DNA of 64,000 nucleotides from an uncultured Candidatus Actinomarina sp. (GTDB lineage Bacteria; Actinomycetota; Acidimicrobiia; Actinomarinales; Actinomarinaceae): NCBI GenBank assembly GCA_902634185.1, contig CACPJC010000003.1, positions 32,369 to 96,368 of the forward strand, read 5' to 3'. Shown piece by piece: positions 37,921 to 46,976 of this stretch (position 1 is its first letter; each line of letters starts with the position of its first letter). The notes under the pieces were generated by a model. It saw only the letters and a program-made list of their open reading frames with translations, ran no database searches and was not told where the DNA came from. The position numbers and the translations under genes were made by a program.

Positions 37921-40900
37921 TTAATTACCACTTTCTATCCTAGTAAGAATCCCTGAAACAACGAGTCTTTGCCTAGCAGAGTACCTAGGGTGACAAGTTG
38001 TCAATGTCAGCCTGTCATCACCTCGATTAAAAAGAACATAATCTCCTGTGTTAGCATCAACCACTTCTATATCATCCACAATGTAATGGTATTTATTTGA
38101 CCCATATGTTAAATAAATCTCATCTCCAATTTCGACCAAATCTAATCTACTGAAAGGGGCACCATATGTTGTCCTATGGCCTGCAATTCCAACATTTCCA
38201 CCTGAACCCGGTAGTTTTGTCCCAAGATAGTGTCCTGGACCAAATTGCAAATTAAGTTCATCAGTACCTGAAACAACATATTGATTTACGTTTATACCTG
38301 GAATTTCAAGAAGACCGAATATTTCAGGTTGAAATTCATCAATCTTTGCACTTTGGTCAATGATGGTAAAATCTTGCAAAGTTTCAAAAACAGGAATGTC
38401 ACTTTGGAATAAGCGAAGAGGATTTGAAAAAATTGTAGGAGGATCTACGTCCTTTATTTCCTCACCTAGATAGATTTGTTCAAGATAAGCTTGAGCATTG
38501 TCTTGTTGAACATTTGATAAAAACATTTGTTGTGTTGCATAAATACCAAAACCCATACCTGTAATTATCGATAAAACAGCAAATCCAAGAGCAGGTCGTT
38601 TTAATTTTTTTCTATCAAAAAATTTTCTGTTAATTTTTTTTGTGTCTTTTTTTCGAGAAAATACCTTTTTCTCCGCGATTTTTGCATCGAGCTCATTACC
38701 AGAATATATAATTTGAAAGTTATTTGAAATTAGACCCAAACGCTCTTCAAGAATTTCTTTTGTAAGTTCTGTATTTTCTTCCTCGCAAATAGATTTTATG
38801 TTTTCAATTGCGACTAGAGTATATTGAAGCTCACTATCAAGTGCTTGTATCTCTGATTGATAAGTTGTAAAACTCTTTGCATATGGAGCAAATTTATTTA
38901 TATCAATACTAATTTCTACTTTTTCTTGTATTAGTTTCTCAATTTTTGTTTTTAATTTGAAGGCATGCTTATAAATATCCTCTAGCGAAATTTCACTTTC
39001 CATTAGTTTTCTTTTTCGATAAGATGTAAAAAGTATTACACCACCAACTAAAAATACTGAACCGCTTATGACAATATAGTCTAAATTTATTCCTGTAGCT
39101 GCCAAGGCTATACTATCCTCTCGATAGATGTAGGTAACGTTGTAACTACCATCAGTGAAATATATGTCATCATCATCATCCCACTCTAGAAAGTCATTTC
39201 CAGTTTCATCAGTAAGAGGTGCTTCACATATATCATCCTCTTCTAATATCATATCCTCACAAAAGTCATCCACTAATGGATCCGTTGGGTCTGGATCCGT
39301 TGGGTCAACTATACACTCAAGAAGTTCTTGTAAGTTTGTTGGATTACAAAATTCTTCTGGAGCAGGATCCGTTGGGTTTATAGGATCAGGATCTCTTGGA
39401 TCAATTGGACCTGGATCTGGATCTGTAGGATCAGTTGTTGTAGTTATTGTAGGATCAGTTGTTGTAGTTATTGTAGGATCAGTTGTTGTAGTTGTTGGGC
39501 AATCAACTGTAAAGCTTGGACCCCAACGTTTCCAACCGCCTGAAAAAGAATTAGAAGTTGTAGAGGTTTTGTATCTCCATCTAACGTTTTGTCCGCTTGG
39601 AACATTTACAGATCCCCTTTCTGAGCTACCTGGTGGAACAGATCGATTAGAAACGAGTGTTGACCAGTTTTTTCCACCATCTAGGGAATACTCAGCTAAG
39701 AAATAAGCATTCGCATTTGAAGAGTCGGAGTTAGCCATATTGAAATGTATGAGTTTTGCACCTCCTGAACATTCCTCTCGTGTATTTGAAACAGAAGGGT
39801 TAATTATTGGAGGTCCTGGCAGTGTTGTTGTAGTTGTTGGACAATCAACTGTAAAGTCTGGACCCCAACGTTTCCAACCGCCTGAAAAAGAATTAGGAGT
39901 TGTCGAGGTTTTGTATCGCCATCTAACGTTTTGTCCGCTTGGAACATTTACAGAGGCCATTTCTGAGCTACCTGGTGCAACAGATTGATTAGAAACGAGT
40001 GTTGACCAGCTTTCCCCACCATCTAGGGAGTACTGAGCTAAGAAATAAGCATTTGCATTTGAAGAGTCTGAGTTAGCCATATGGAAGTGTGTGAGTTTTG
40101 CACCTCCAGAACAAGCATTTCGAGTATTTGAAACAGAAGGGTTAATTGTTGGAGGTCCTGGCAGTGTTGTTGTGGTCGTTGGAGACGGATCATCAATACA
40201 ATCTAAAACTTTCTTGGTACCACCTTTTGTTTTTCTACCACTTAGTTCATCTTTAATAATAAAACGAAGTTTATATGTAGATCCATTTGGGACAGATAAA
40301 AGTGTAGTTAAGTCTCGTGTTTCTCCAGCAGCAATACTAAAAGTTTGATCAACAACTTTGGCTTTGTTTATTCTAATTCTCATTCTAATTGTTATGCCAA
40401 CAGTTGACCTTGAGTTATCTACAATTAAACCAATTCTCGCAGTTCCATCATCATTACATTCCATGAAGTTTGCAATCCTAAAATCTACTCTTGGAATTTC
40501 AACTGTTGTAGTAGTAATTTCCGGCAGTGTCGTAGTAGTTGTTGTAGTTGTAGTAGTTGTAGTTGTAGTTGTAGTAGTTGTAGTAGTTGTAGTTGTAGTA
40601 GTAGTGGTTGTTGTTACAACACAGCTAGCCGTATATGAAAGAGTAGGATCTACGCCTGGGATATCTGTATCTTCAGTCACCCAAGTACTACTGTCATGAG
40701 CGCCTCCAGATTTTCTTGAACTATATCTCCATTGAATACTTTCTCCATTAGCTAATGCGGGAGCAGAATACGTCTCCGATGAAGTAGCTGGTACCTCTTC
40801 ATCATCTTTCAATTGTGTCCAGTTAGAGCCACCATCAGTTGAGTATTCCACCCTATAAAAGACTGAGACAGTCGAATCAGAACCGCTACTAAGAGTTATT

Positions 40901-43900
40901 GAAGGTGTTTGTGTCTGAGAATCAGAACATGATCCTAGTGATGTTGAAACACTAGCGCACGATATCGTAAGCTTCGATCCTATCTCTGTCCATGTTGACC
41001 CACCATCAGTTGAATACCTATGTTCACGTCCAGTACCATTTGCTATTGCAGTATTTACCGCAAATTCTTGTGTAGCGCCAGCATTTATTGACTTACCACT
41101 GTCTTCACCGGTAACACTGCCTCCAAAATATGCCCAATCCCCAACATTTCCAGTCACCGCATTGGTTGCTCTTTTTTGTACTAAAAATGTAATAGCGACA
41201 TTACTTCCGCTGTTGTCGACAGTTATTTTAATTTTACCCATTGTGCCGCCCTGGCTTGTGCCGTTATTTTTACAACCATTTGTTTCGTGAGAAACAGCCG
41301 GAGCAATAACGGGACAATCAATAGTTATTGTTGAAAGTGTTACCTCTGATTGGCTGAGTCCCTCTGATGAGTTAGCAACAGAGTATTTTATGATTACCGA
41401 GGTATCGTGACTTAGTGCTGGTACGGAAAGTGAGGAGGAGTCTGTCGCTCCAGCTCCAACGGTTGTAGCAGTTAATACTGTAAAGTTTGATCCCCCGTCA
41501 GTTGAGTAGCTGACGGTGAATGTTCCAGCAGCGGTTGAATTTGTATTTATAAGAGTAATTGGGATTGCTGCACTTCCACTCGAACAACTTGCAGCAGTTG
41601 CTGTGGCAGTAGCATTAAGTATGGGGCAATCTATCTCAATACTGCTTAGGTTGGTTGTTGAAGCAGATGAAAAGTCGGTACTTGATGAGGTCTGATAACG
41701 AATATAGACGGTAGTGTCGTTTGTAAATGATGAACCTGAGAGACTAACAGTAGAGGTTGAGTCTGCTCCAACTAAAACATGAGATCCTCCGATACCGTCT
41801 GTCCAGGTTGAGTTATCTGTAGAGTATTGAACTTTAAAATAATTACCAGAACCCTGTCCAGTATTGTCAAGGAGTACGTTTATAGGTGCTCCCCCACCTG
41901 AACATGTTCCATGCGTTGCAGAGACTGCTGGTGTTGTACAACTGACTGTGGCACTATTTAAACTAGCACCAGTGACATAATCTCCTGAGAATGATCCAGA
42001 AACCGTAGAGGTTTTATATCTCCACTGAATTGCAGTACCGTTATTGACAGTTTGCGTCACTGTATCTGATCCACCAACCGTAACCGATTTACTTGCTTCT
42101 TTTTCAACCCAGTTTGATCCACCGTCTATTGAGTACTCAATTAGGAAATACGCAGTAGCTTGTGATGAACCACTGTTTGAGATAGCTAATGTTGATGTCT
42201 TTGAAGCTCCACTACAACTAGCTGATAAACTCTGTGAACCAGAAGTTGTAATATTACATGAAACATCTGAACTTGCACTTCCAGTAGCAGTAGGAGTTCC
42301 TGTAAACGTTGCACTTGTTGTCGATTCTTCATATCTCCAGGTGATGTTTGAGCCAACCGGGACGCTATGCGTCAATGTTTCTGTGCTATCAACACCAACA
42401 GACTGATTAGCTTCCTTCACTTGCCAGGCACCGCTATCAATCTTGTACTCAACTTTTACATACGCTGTTGTTGTTGCAGAGGATGAGTTTGTAATTGCAA
42501 AACTTGATGTTGCGCTACCACTGGAACAAGTTCCAAGTGTAGCTGAAACACTTACGTCTATAACAGGACAGTCAACAGTTGCACTATTTAGATCACTACT
42601 TGTGACATAACTTCCTGAGTATGATCCTGAAGTTGTAGAGGTTTTATATCTCCATTGTATAGCTGAATTATGTGGTACAGACTGTGTAAGTGTTGCTGAG
42701 CCATTATTATTTACAGTTTGATTGGCTGCTTTCTCTGTCCAGTTAGATCCGCCATCTAAAGAGTACTCAACAAGGACATAAGCTACAGCATTTGCTGAAT
42801 CAGAGTTATTAATAGTTAATGTAGAGGTTTTTGCTCCACTAGAACAACTTCCAAGGGACTGTGATGCACTGACATCTATTATTGGACAATCAACAGTTGC
42901 ACTGTTCATATCACTACTTGTGACATAACTTCCTGAGAATGATCCTGAAGTTGTAGAAGACTTATATCTCCACTGAATAGCTGCATCGTGAGATACAGAT
43001 TGTGTCAGTGTTTCAGATGCGTTTTTTGCAACGGACTGGTTCGATGCTTTCTCTGTCCATGTTGACCCACCATCAACGGAGTATTCAACTAGGAAGTACG
43101 CTGTTGTGTTGGCGGAGTTAGAGTTTGATAAAGTTAAAGTTGAAGTTGCTGCTCCAGCTGAACAACTACCTAATGCCTGTGATGCACTTACATCTATTAC
43201 TGGACAATCAACAGTACCACTTGCAACAGTTGTGGGTGTCAGTCCTGTAAAACTAGCTGATGTATCTGAAGATGTAACTCTCCAAGTTATTGCAGAACCA
43301 TGAGATACATTTTCTGAAAATAAGGAACCCGTTCCAGTTAATATAGTGGCGCTTGCATTCTTTTCTGTATAAGTCGAACCACCATCCGTTGAGTATTCTA
43401 CTTTTACGTAAGCAGTTGAACCTGACGTATTCGTTACTGTAAGTGTTGATGTAGCAGTTCCAGAACCAGAACAACTACCTAAATCTTGAGAGCTTGAAAC
43501 TGTTACGGCTTGAGGACAATCAACAGTTGCACTATTCATATCATCAGCTGTGATATAACTTAGTCCCGTCCAGTTCCCTGATGTATCAGAGCTTTTATAT
43601 CTCCACTGGATAGCTGACCCATCAGGTACACTAACCGTCAAAGAGGTATTTGTTTGACCATCGGAAATTGATAAGTTATCTCCTTCCTGTGCATCTGTGT
43701 GAACAGTCCAGCTTGAACCTCCATCTAGTGAGTACTCAGCAGTAACATATGCTGTTGAACCAGAACTATTTTGTAGAGAAAGGGTAGAGGTATCAGAACC
43801 AGCTGAACAACCTCCTAGTGATTGTGAATCTGTCAGAGATATAGCTGTAGGACAGTCAACAGTACTACTTGTTACTTCTGTACCTGAACCAGAAAATGTA

Positions 43901-46900
43901 TTACTTGTTGAAGAAGTTAGATAGGTCCATGTAATAGTAGATCCATCAGGAACTGTTTGGGCAGCCAGTGTTGTAGAAGCACCTGCTGCAACTGATTGAT
44001 TTGTGACTACTGTATTCCAGTTTCCACTATCGATTTTGTATCGAACATAAAAATATGCTGTTGTATTTGCTGATCCAGAGTTAGATAAAGTTAAAGTTGA
44101 ATTTTGAGATCCTCCAGAACAGCTACCATCAAGTGATTGGGATACAGAGGGGTCAATATATGGGCAATCAATTGTATCGCTATTTACTATAGTGGCGTCA
44201 CCGCTAAAATAACCACTTGTAGTTGATGTCTGATAATACCATTTAGCATAAGAGCCATCCGCAATCGGTAATGTGACGGTCACGGAGCTACCTGCAGCCA
44301 CTGCTATATTGAAGTTACTATCTCCCGACGATACGGTCAAATTAGATGATGATAAACCTCCTGATCCATCAAGTTGGTACCTTATCTTTACGTAGACAGT
44401 TGAATTTGCTGATGCGGAGTTTGATAAAGTGACCGTTACTGTTGCTGAACCAGCGGAACAACTACCGACTGATTGAGCAAAAGAGAAATCTGTATATACA
44501 CAATCAACAGTTGCACTATTCATATCACTAGCTGTCACATAACTTAGTCCCGTCCAGCTCCCTGACGCGTTAGAGCTTTTGTATCTCCATTGGATAGCTG
44601 ATCCATGAGGTACGCTTACTGTTAAAGAGGTGTTCGTTTGACCATTGGTAATTGTTAAATTGTCTGCTTCCTGTGCGTCTGTGTGTACAGTCCAAGTAGA
44701 CCCGCCATCGGTTGAGTACTCAGCTGTGACATACGCTGTTGATCCAGAAGTATTTTGAAGAGAAAGTGTAGATGTAGCAGAACCAGCTGAGCAACTACCA
44801 AGTGATTGTGAATCTGTCAGAGTTACTGCAGTAACACAGTCCACCGTTAATGCCGTACCATCTGGAGAGGTATAGCTTCCAGAAGTTGGATCCGATGATG
44901 CATCAGCTCGAGCTCGCCAAGATACCTGATACCCATGTGGTTGGGCGGATAATGAACGTGTAATCGATGCACCTTGAGCTAATTCAATTCCAGTTAAATT
45001 GTCAGTCCAATCAGATATATCACTGCCGTCTAAAGTGAGTTTGTACTGAAGGTCGACAAAAATTGAACCGTTAGCAGTGTTGGTGATTGTAGCTGAAGGA
45101 ACAGCTGAACCAGCTGAGCATGAACCCATAGCATCTGTAATTGTAAATGTTGCCGTTGCGCAGTTAACTGTTGAGCTATTCATGTCACTAGCTGTGATGT
45201 AACTTAGTCCTGTCCAATCACCTGATGTATCAGAGCTCTTGTACCTCCATTGAATTGATGAGCCGTGAGAAACACTGACCGTCAGCGAGGTATTCGTCTG
45301 ACCATTAGTAATAGTTAAATTATCTGCTTCCTGTGCGTCAGTGTGAACAGTCCAACTAGAACCACCATTGGTTGAGTACTCAGCAGTAACATACGCGGTT
45401 GAACCTGAACTATTTTGTAGTGATAGTGTAGAGGTAGCAGAGCCTTCAGAACAACTACCAAGTGATTGTGAGTCAGTGAGGCTAACTGCTGTTGGATCAG
45501 GAGAACAACCGGAGGCATTAATCGTTATTGAAGAAAGAGCAGTCGTATTTGAAGTCGGTTCACGCAAATCATAAGTAGTGTTTTCTGCATACCAACTAAT
45601 TACCACTGTAGCACCATTAGATTGACCTGGAACATCTAGGGAGGTATTGCTCGATGATGACGAGACAGAAGTGCCTGATGTCAGAGATTGTGAGCTTCCA
45701 CCATTAACTGTATATGTAACAACAAAGTTAGTAGTTACGTTAGAACTTAAGTTATTTAAGGTAACATCTATTTTACGATTTGACCCATCACAACTTCCCT
45801 GAGTAGCTGTAACAGTGGGGGCGAAATCAACATTGGGTGCACCTTCGTGGCATGCAGCACCATCATTTTTATTTGCTCCAGATTGTACTGTGCCTAGACT
45901 TGAACTCCAGCTCCAACTACTTCCGTTATATTCAGCTTTTCGAACATCTCCAGTTGAATTATGCACAAAATAAGCATGTTCTCCACCAAATCCAAACGCA
46001 GCACCAACATCTGAATTGCTCCATGAATATGGTGAAGTTGGTGAGCTTAATGAGTGGTCAGTTATTTCTATTGTGAAAGAACTCCCAGATACAATTAAGT
46101 ATCCAAGCATTACTTGATCATTTACATTGTCATAAGCCACAAAATCTGCTTCGTGGTTTACACCTCCACTAGAGAATGTTGGAAAGTTTGAACCATCTCT
46201 CAACCAGGTAAAGTCTTTTGCTTTAGCTAAATTACCTGCAACAGAGTTTGTGTTTACTGTAAGAGAGGAAGTTACATCTGTATAATTTGAAGAGTTAGTG
46301 TAATCTGTACCATCTATACGAATTAAGAGTGGTGATGAGCCCTTTAAGAACCCATTACCTGAAAGTAAATAACCAGTTCCGTTGTATTCAAAATAGGATG
46401 CAGCATTATTATCAGCAGAACTAAAACTGGCTATTAACGATGGGTTGTTATCAGCAATATTATCGTTGTTAGCATCAGTTGCATCCATATAGTAAAGTGT
46501 CCTATTTTTACTCGAATCTTTCCGAATCATCCAGAGATTTCCAAGATTATCCATCATCGAGTTGTTCCACTCATTTGAATTTGATCCTGGAAGGTTTTGA
46601 TACTCGAATGTTGCTCCTGATGGTGTGGCAGGACTAGAACTCACAAGATTTCCTGAGTTACTGTCCCACCCGTATACTTCAACTTTGTCATCTGAAGAGT
46701 TGTATTTTGTTTGATAACCTAATGGATTTCCATCTGAGTTAAAACATGAGAGCTGTGAAGATGCAAAAGCAGGTTCAGGATCAACTGTCTCAATGGTCAC
46801 ATATGCAAGAGAGACAATCATTAAAAATGACATAACTAAATTGAAAGTTTTCTTATTAAAGACGAACGAAAACAGCTTTTTACACAAAAGCACAACAAAG

Positions 46901-46932
46901 TCGAAGGCGTTTAATATTTTTATATTCCCCAC
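37921..46932 (-). CDS. Giant repeat-rich cell-surface protein with LAATG sorting signal, continuing in frame into a class E sortase domain (3003 codons)
   Basis: Uninterrupted ORF. N-terminal signal-like region (…MSFLMIVSLAYV…AFA/S), ~300-aa unique domain, ~19 Cys-bounded repeats, T29 tract, LAATG+TM+YRKRK, cytoplasmic linker, TM, sortase HRTT/TLTTC/R motifs. The start (GTG 46932 or ATG 46833) is uncertain. Confidence 0.85.
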   Translation of the reverse strand: MGNIKILNAFDFVVLLCKKLFSFVFNKKTFNLVMSFLMIVSLAYVTIETVDPEPAFASSQLSCFNSDGNPLGYQTKYNSSDDKVEVYGWDSNSGNLVSSSPATPSGATFEYQNLPGSNSNEWNNSMMDNLGNLWMIRKDSSKNRTLYYMDATDANNDNIADNNPSLIASFSSADNNAASYFEYNGTGYLLSGNGFLKGSSPLLIRIDGTDYTNSSNYTDVTSSLTVNTNSVAGNLAKAKDFTWLRDGSNFPTFSSGGVNHEADFVAYDNVNDQVMLGYLIVSGSSFTIEITDHSLSSPTSPYSWSNSDVGAAFGFGGEHAYFVHNSTGDVRKAEYNGSSWSWSSSLGTVQSGANKNDGAACHEGAPNVDFAPTVTATQGSCDGSNRKIDVTLNNLSSNVTTNFVVTYTVNGGSSQSLTSGTSVSSSSSNTSLDVPGQSNGATVVISWYAENTTYDLREPTSNTTALSSITINASGCSPDPTAVSLTDSQSLGSCSEGSATSTLSLQNSSGSTAYVTAEYSTNGGSSWTVHTDAQEADNLTITNGQTNTSLTVSVSHGSSIQWRYKSSDTSGDWTGLSYITASDMNSSTVNCATATFTITDAMGSCSAGSAVPSATITNTANGSIFVDLQYKLTLDGSDISDWTDNLTGIELAQGASITRSLSAQPHGYQVSWRARADASSDPTSGSYTSPDGTALTVDCVTAVTLTDSQSLGSCSAGSATSTLSLQNTSGSTAYVTAEYSTDGGSTWTVHTDAQEADNLTITNGQTNTSLTVSVPHGSAIQWRYKSSNASGSWTGLSYVTASDMNSATVDCVYTDFSFAQSVGSCSAGSATVTVTLSNSASANSTVYVKIRYQLDGSGGLSSSNLTVSSGDSNFNIAVAAGSSVTVTLPIADGSYAKWYYQTSTTSGYFSGDATIVNSDTIDCPYIDPSVSQSLDGSCSGGSQNSTLTLSNSGSANTTAYFYVRYKIDSGNWNTVVTNQSVAAGASTTLAAQTVPDGSTITWTYLTSSTSNTFSGSGTEVTSSTVDCPTAISLTDSQSLGGCSAGSDTSTLSLQNSSGSTAYVTAEYSLDGGSSWTVHTDAQEGDNLSISDGQTNTSLTVSVPDGSAIQWRYKSSDTSGNWTGLSYITADDMNSATVDCPQAVTVSSSQDLGSCSGSGTATSTLTVTNTSGSTAYVKVEYSTDGGSTYTEKNASATILTGTGSLFSENVSHGSAITWRVTSSDTSASFTGLTPTTVASGTVDCPVIDVSASQALGSCSAGAATSTLTLSNSNSANTTAYFLVEYSVDGGSTWTEKASNQSVAKNASETLTQSVSHDAAIQWRYKSSTTSGSFSGSYVTSSDMNSATVDCPIIDVSASQSLGSCSSGAKTSTLTINNSDSANAVAYVLVEYSLDGGSNWTEKAANQTVNNNGSATLTQSVPHNSAIQWRYKTSTTSGSYSGSYVTSSDLNSATVDCPVIDVSVSATLGTCSSGSATSSFAITNSSSATTTAYVKVEYKIDSGAWQVKEANQSVGVDSTETLTHSVPVGSNITWRYEESTTSATFTGTPTATGSASSDVSCNITTSGSQSLSASCSGASKTSTLAISNSGSSQATAYFLIEYSIDGGSNWVEKEASKSVTVGGSDTVTQTVNNGTAIQWRYKTSTVSGSFSGDYVTGASLNSATVSCTTPAVSATHGTCSGGGAPINVLLDNTGQGSGNYFKVQYSTDNSTWTDGIGGSHVLVGADSTSTVSLSGSSFTNDTTVYIRYQTSSSTDFSSASTTNLSSIEIDCPILNATATATAASCSSGSAAIPITLINTNSTAAGTFTVSYSTDGGSNFTVLTATTVGAGATDSSSLSVPALSHDTSVIIKYSVANSSEGLSQSEVTLSTITIDCPVIAPAVSHETNGCKNNGTSQGGTMGKIKITVDNSGSNVAITFLVQKRATNAVTGNVGDWAYFGGSVTGEDSGKSINAGATQEFAVNTAIANGTGREHRYSTDGGSTWTEIGSKLTISCASVSTSLGSCSDSQTQTPSITLSSGSDSTVSVFYRVEYSTDGGSNWTQLKDDEEVPATSSETYSAPALANGESIQWRYSSRKSGGAHDSSTWVTEDTDIPGVDPTLSYTASCVVTTTTTTTTTTTTTTTTTTTTTTTTTTTTTLPEITTTTVEIPRVDFRIANFMECNDDGTARIGLIVDNSRSTVGITIRMRIRINKAKVVDQTFSIAAGETRDLTTLLSVPNGSTYKLRFIIKDELSGRKTKGGTKKVLDCIDDPSPTTTTTLPGPPTINPSVSNTRNACSGGAKLTHFHMANSDSSNANAYFLAQYSLDGGESWSTLVSNQSVAPGSSEMASVNVPSGQNVRWRYKTSTTPNSFSGGWKRWGPDFTVDCPTTTTTLPGPPIINPSVSNTREECSGGAKLIHFNMANSDSSNANAYFLAEYSLDGGKNWSTLVSNRSVPPGSSERGSVNVPSGQNVRWRYKTSTTSNSFSGGWKRWGPSFTVDCPTTTTTDPTITTTTDPTITTTTDPTDPDPGPIDPRDPDPINPTDPAPEEFCNPTNLQELLECIVDPTDPDPTDPLVDDFCEDMILEEDDICEAPLTDETGNDFLEWDDDDDIYFTDGSYNVTYIYREDSIALAATGINLDYIVISGSVFLVGGVILFTSYRKRKLMESEISLEDIYKHAFKLKTKIEKLIQEKVEISIDINKFAPYAKSFTTYQSEIQALDSELQYTLVAIENIKSICEEENTELTKEILEERLGLISNNFQIIYSGNELDAKIAEKKVFSRKKDTKKINRKFFDRKKLKRPALGFAVLSIITGMGFGIYATQQMFLSNVQQDNAQAYLEQIYLGEEIKDVDPPTIFSNPLRLFQSDIPVFETLQDFTIIDQSAKIDEFQPEIFGLLEIPGINVNQYVVSGTDELNLQFGPGHYLGTKLPGSGGNVGIAGHRTTYGAPFSRLDLVEIGDEIYLTYGSNKYHYIVDDIEVVDANTGDYVLFNRGDDRLTLTTCHPRYSARQRLVVSGILTRIESGN
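37924..38325 (-). other. Sortase catalytic domain (class E-like) at the C-terminus of the giant ORF
   Basis: LEIPGINVNQYVV..GPGHY.GT.LPG..GN.GIAGHRTTYGAPF (His 38176..38178), LTLTTCHP (Cys 37993..37995), SARQRLVV (Arg). Confidence 0.85.
38521..38595 (-). other. Second TM helix (sortase membrane anchor, predicted in-to-out)
   Basis: PALGFAVLSIITGMGFGIYATQQMF, preceded by the Lys/Arg-rich KKINRKFFDRKKLKR. Confidence 0.7.
39007..39105 (-). other. Cell-wall sorting signal: LAATG, hydrophobic helix, YRKRK tail
   Basis: LAATG at 39091..39105. INLDYIVISGSVFLVGGVILFTS at 39022..39090. YRKRK at 39007..39021. Next codons are CTA ATG (ATG at 39001..39003), with no stop. Confidence 0.85.
39499..40182 (-). 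repeat. Two adjacent, highly similar 114-aa repeat units (342-nt period)
   Basis: aatcaactgt at 39501 and again at 39843. The units read LPGPP(T/I)INPSVSNTR..CSGGAKL.HF.MANSDSSNANAYFLA.YSLDGG..WSTLVSN.SV.PGSSE..SVNVPSGQNVRWRYKTSTT.NSFSGGWKRWGP.FTVDCPTTTTT. Confidence 0.85.
40528..40614 (-). repeat. Run of 29 consecutive Thr codons (mixed ACT/ACA/ACG/ACC)
   Basis: Counted codon by codon. The run is flanked by CVV and LPEITTTT. Confidence 0.95.
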
Positions 46933-46948
46933 TTCTACAACAAATTTA

Positions 46949-46976
46949 ATTTTACCTTAGAAAAGTTTCTAATCAA
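46949..46976 (-). promoter_or_regulatory. Candidate sigma-70-like promoter for the giant ORF
   Basis: On the minus strand it reads TTGATT (46976..46971), 16 nt spacer, TAAAT-type TAAAAT (46954..46949). It lies in the 54-nt thrC-to-giant spacer. Confidence 0.3.

Larger units (their letters stand above)
39499..45852 (-). repeat. Array of ~19 divergent 105-115-aa Cys-bounded repeats, most with an Asp-box (SxDxGxxW) and a W-R-Y strand
   Basis: Recurrent pattern DCP-x12-SC-x-G...AY..VEYS.DGGS.W...HGSAIQWRYK.S.TSG.F.G...NSATVDC. Boundaries are taken from the first and last Cys codons. Confidence 0.8.

Noticed and set aside
39155-40699. Plus-strand ORFs of 82-183 aa (39155..39706, 39740..39988, 40091..40348, 40358..40699), including a poly-Val translation
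   Set aside because: They are the antisense reading of the giant gene's repeats and of the Thr tract (ACN read backwards gives Val/Gly/Ser runs). They are low-complexity, lack an SD, and lie fully inside a strongly supported CDS.
39499-45852. Possibility that the giant repeat array is an assembly artefact (collapsed or expanded repeats)
   Set aside because: Most units differ from one another at numerous synonymous and non-synonymous positions, so they are individually addressable. Only the two terminal units (39499..40182) and the Thr tract are similar enough to deserve read-level checking.
42044-46076. Other short ORFs on both strands inside the giant gene (42044..42406, 43106..43303, 43253..43474, 45315..45518, 45368..45574, 45837..46076)
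   Set aside because: These are frame shadows of the repeat-rich CDS, with no independent signals.
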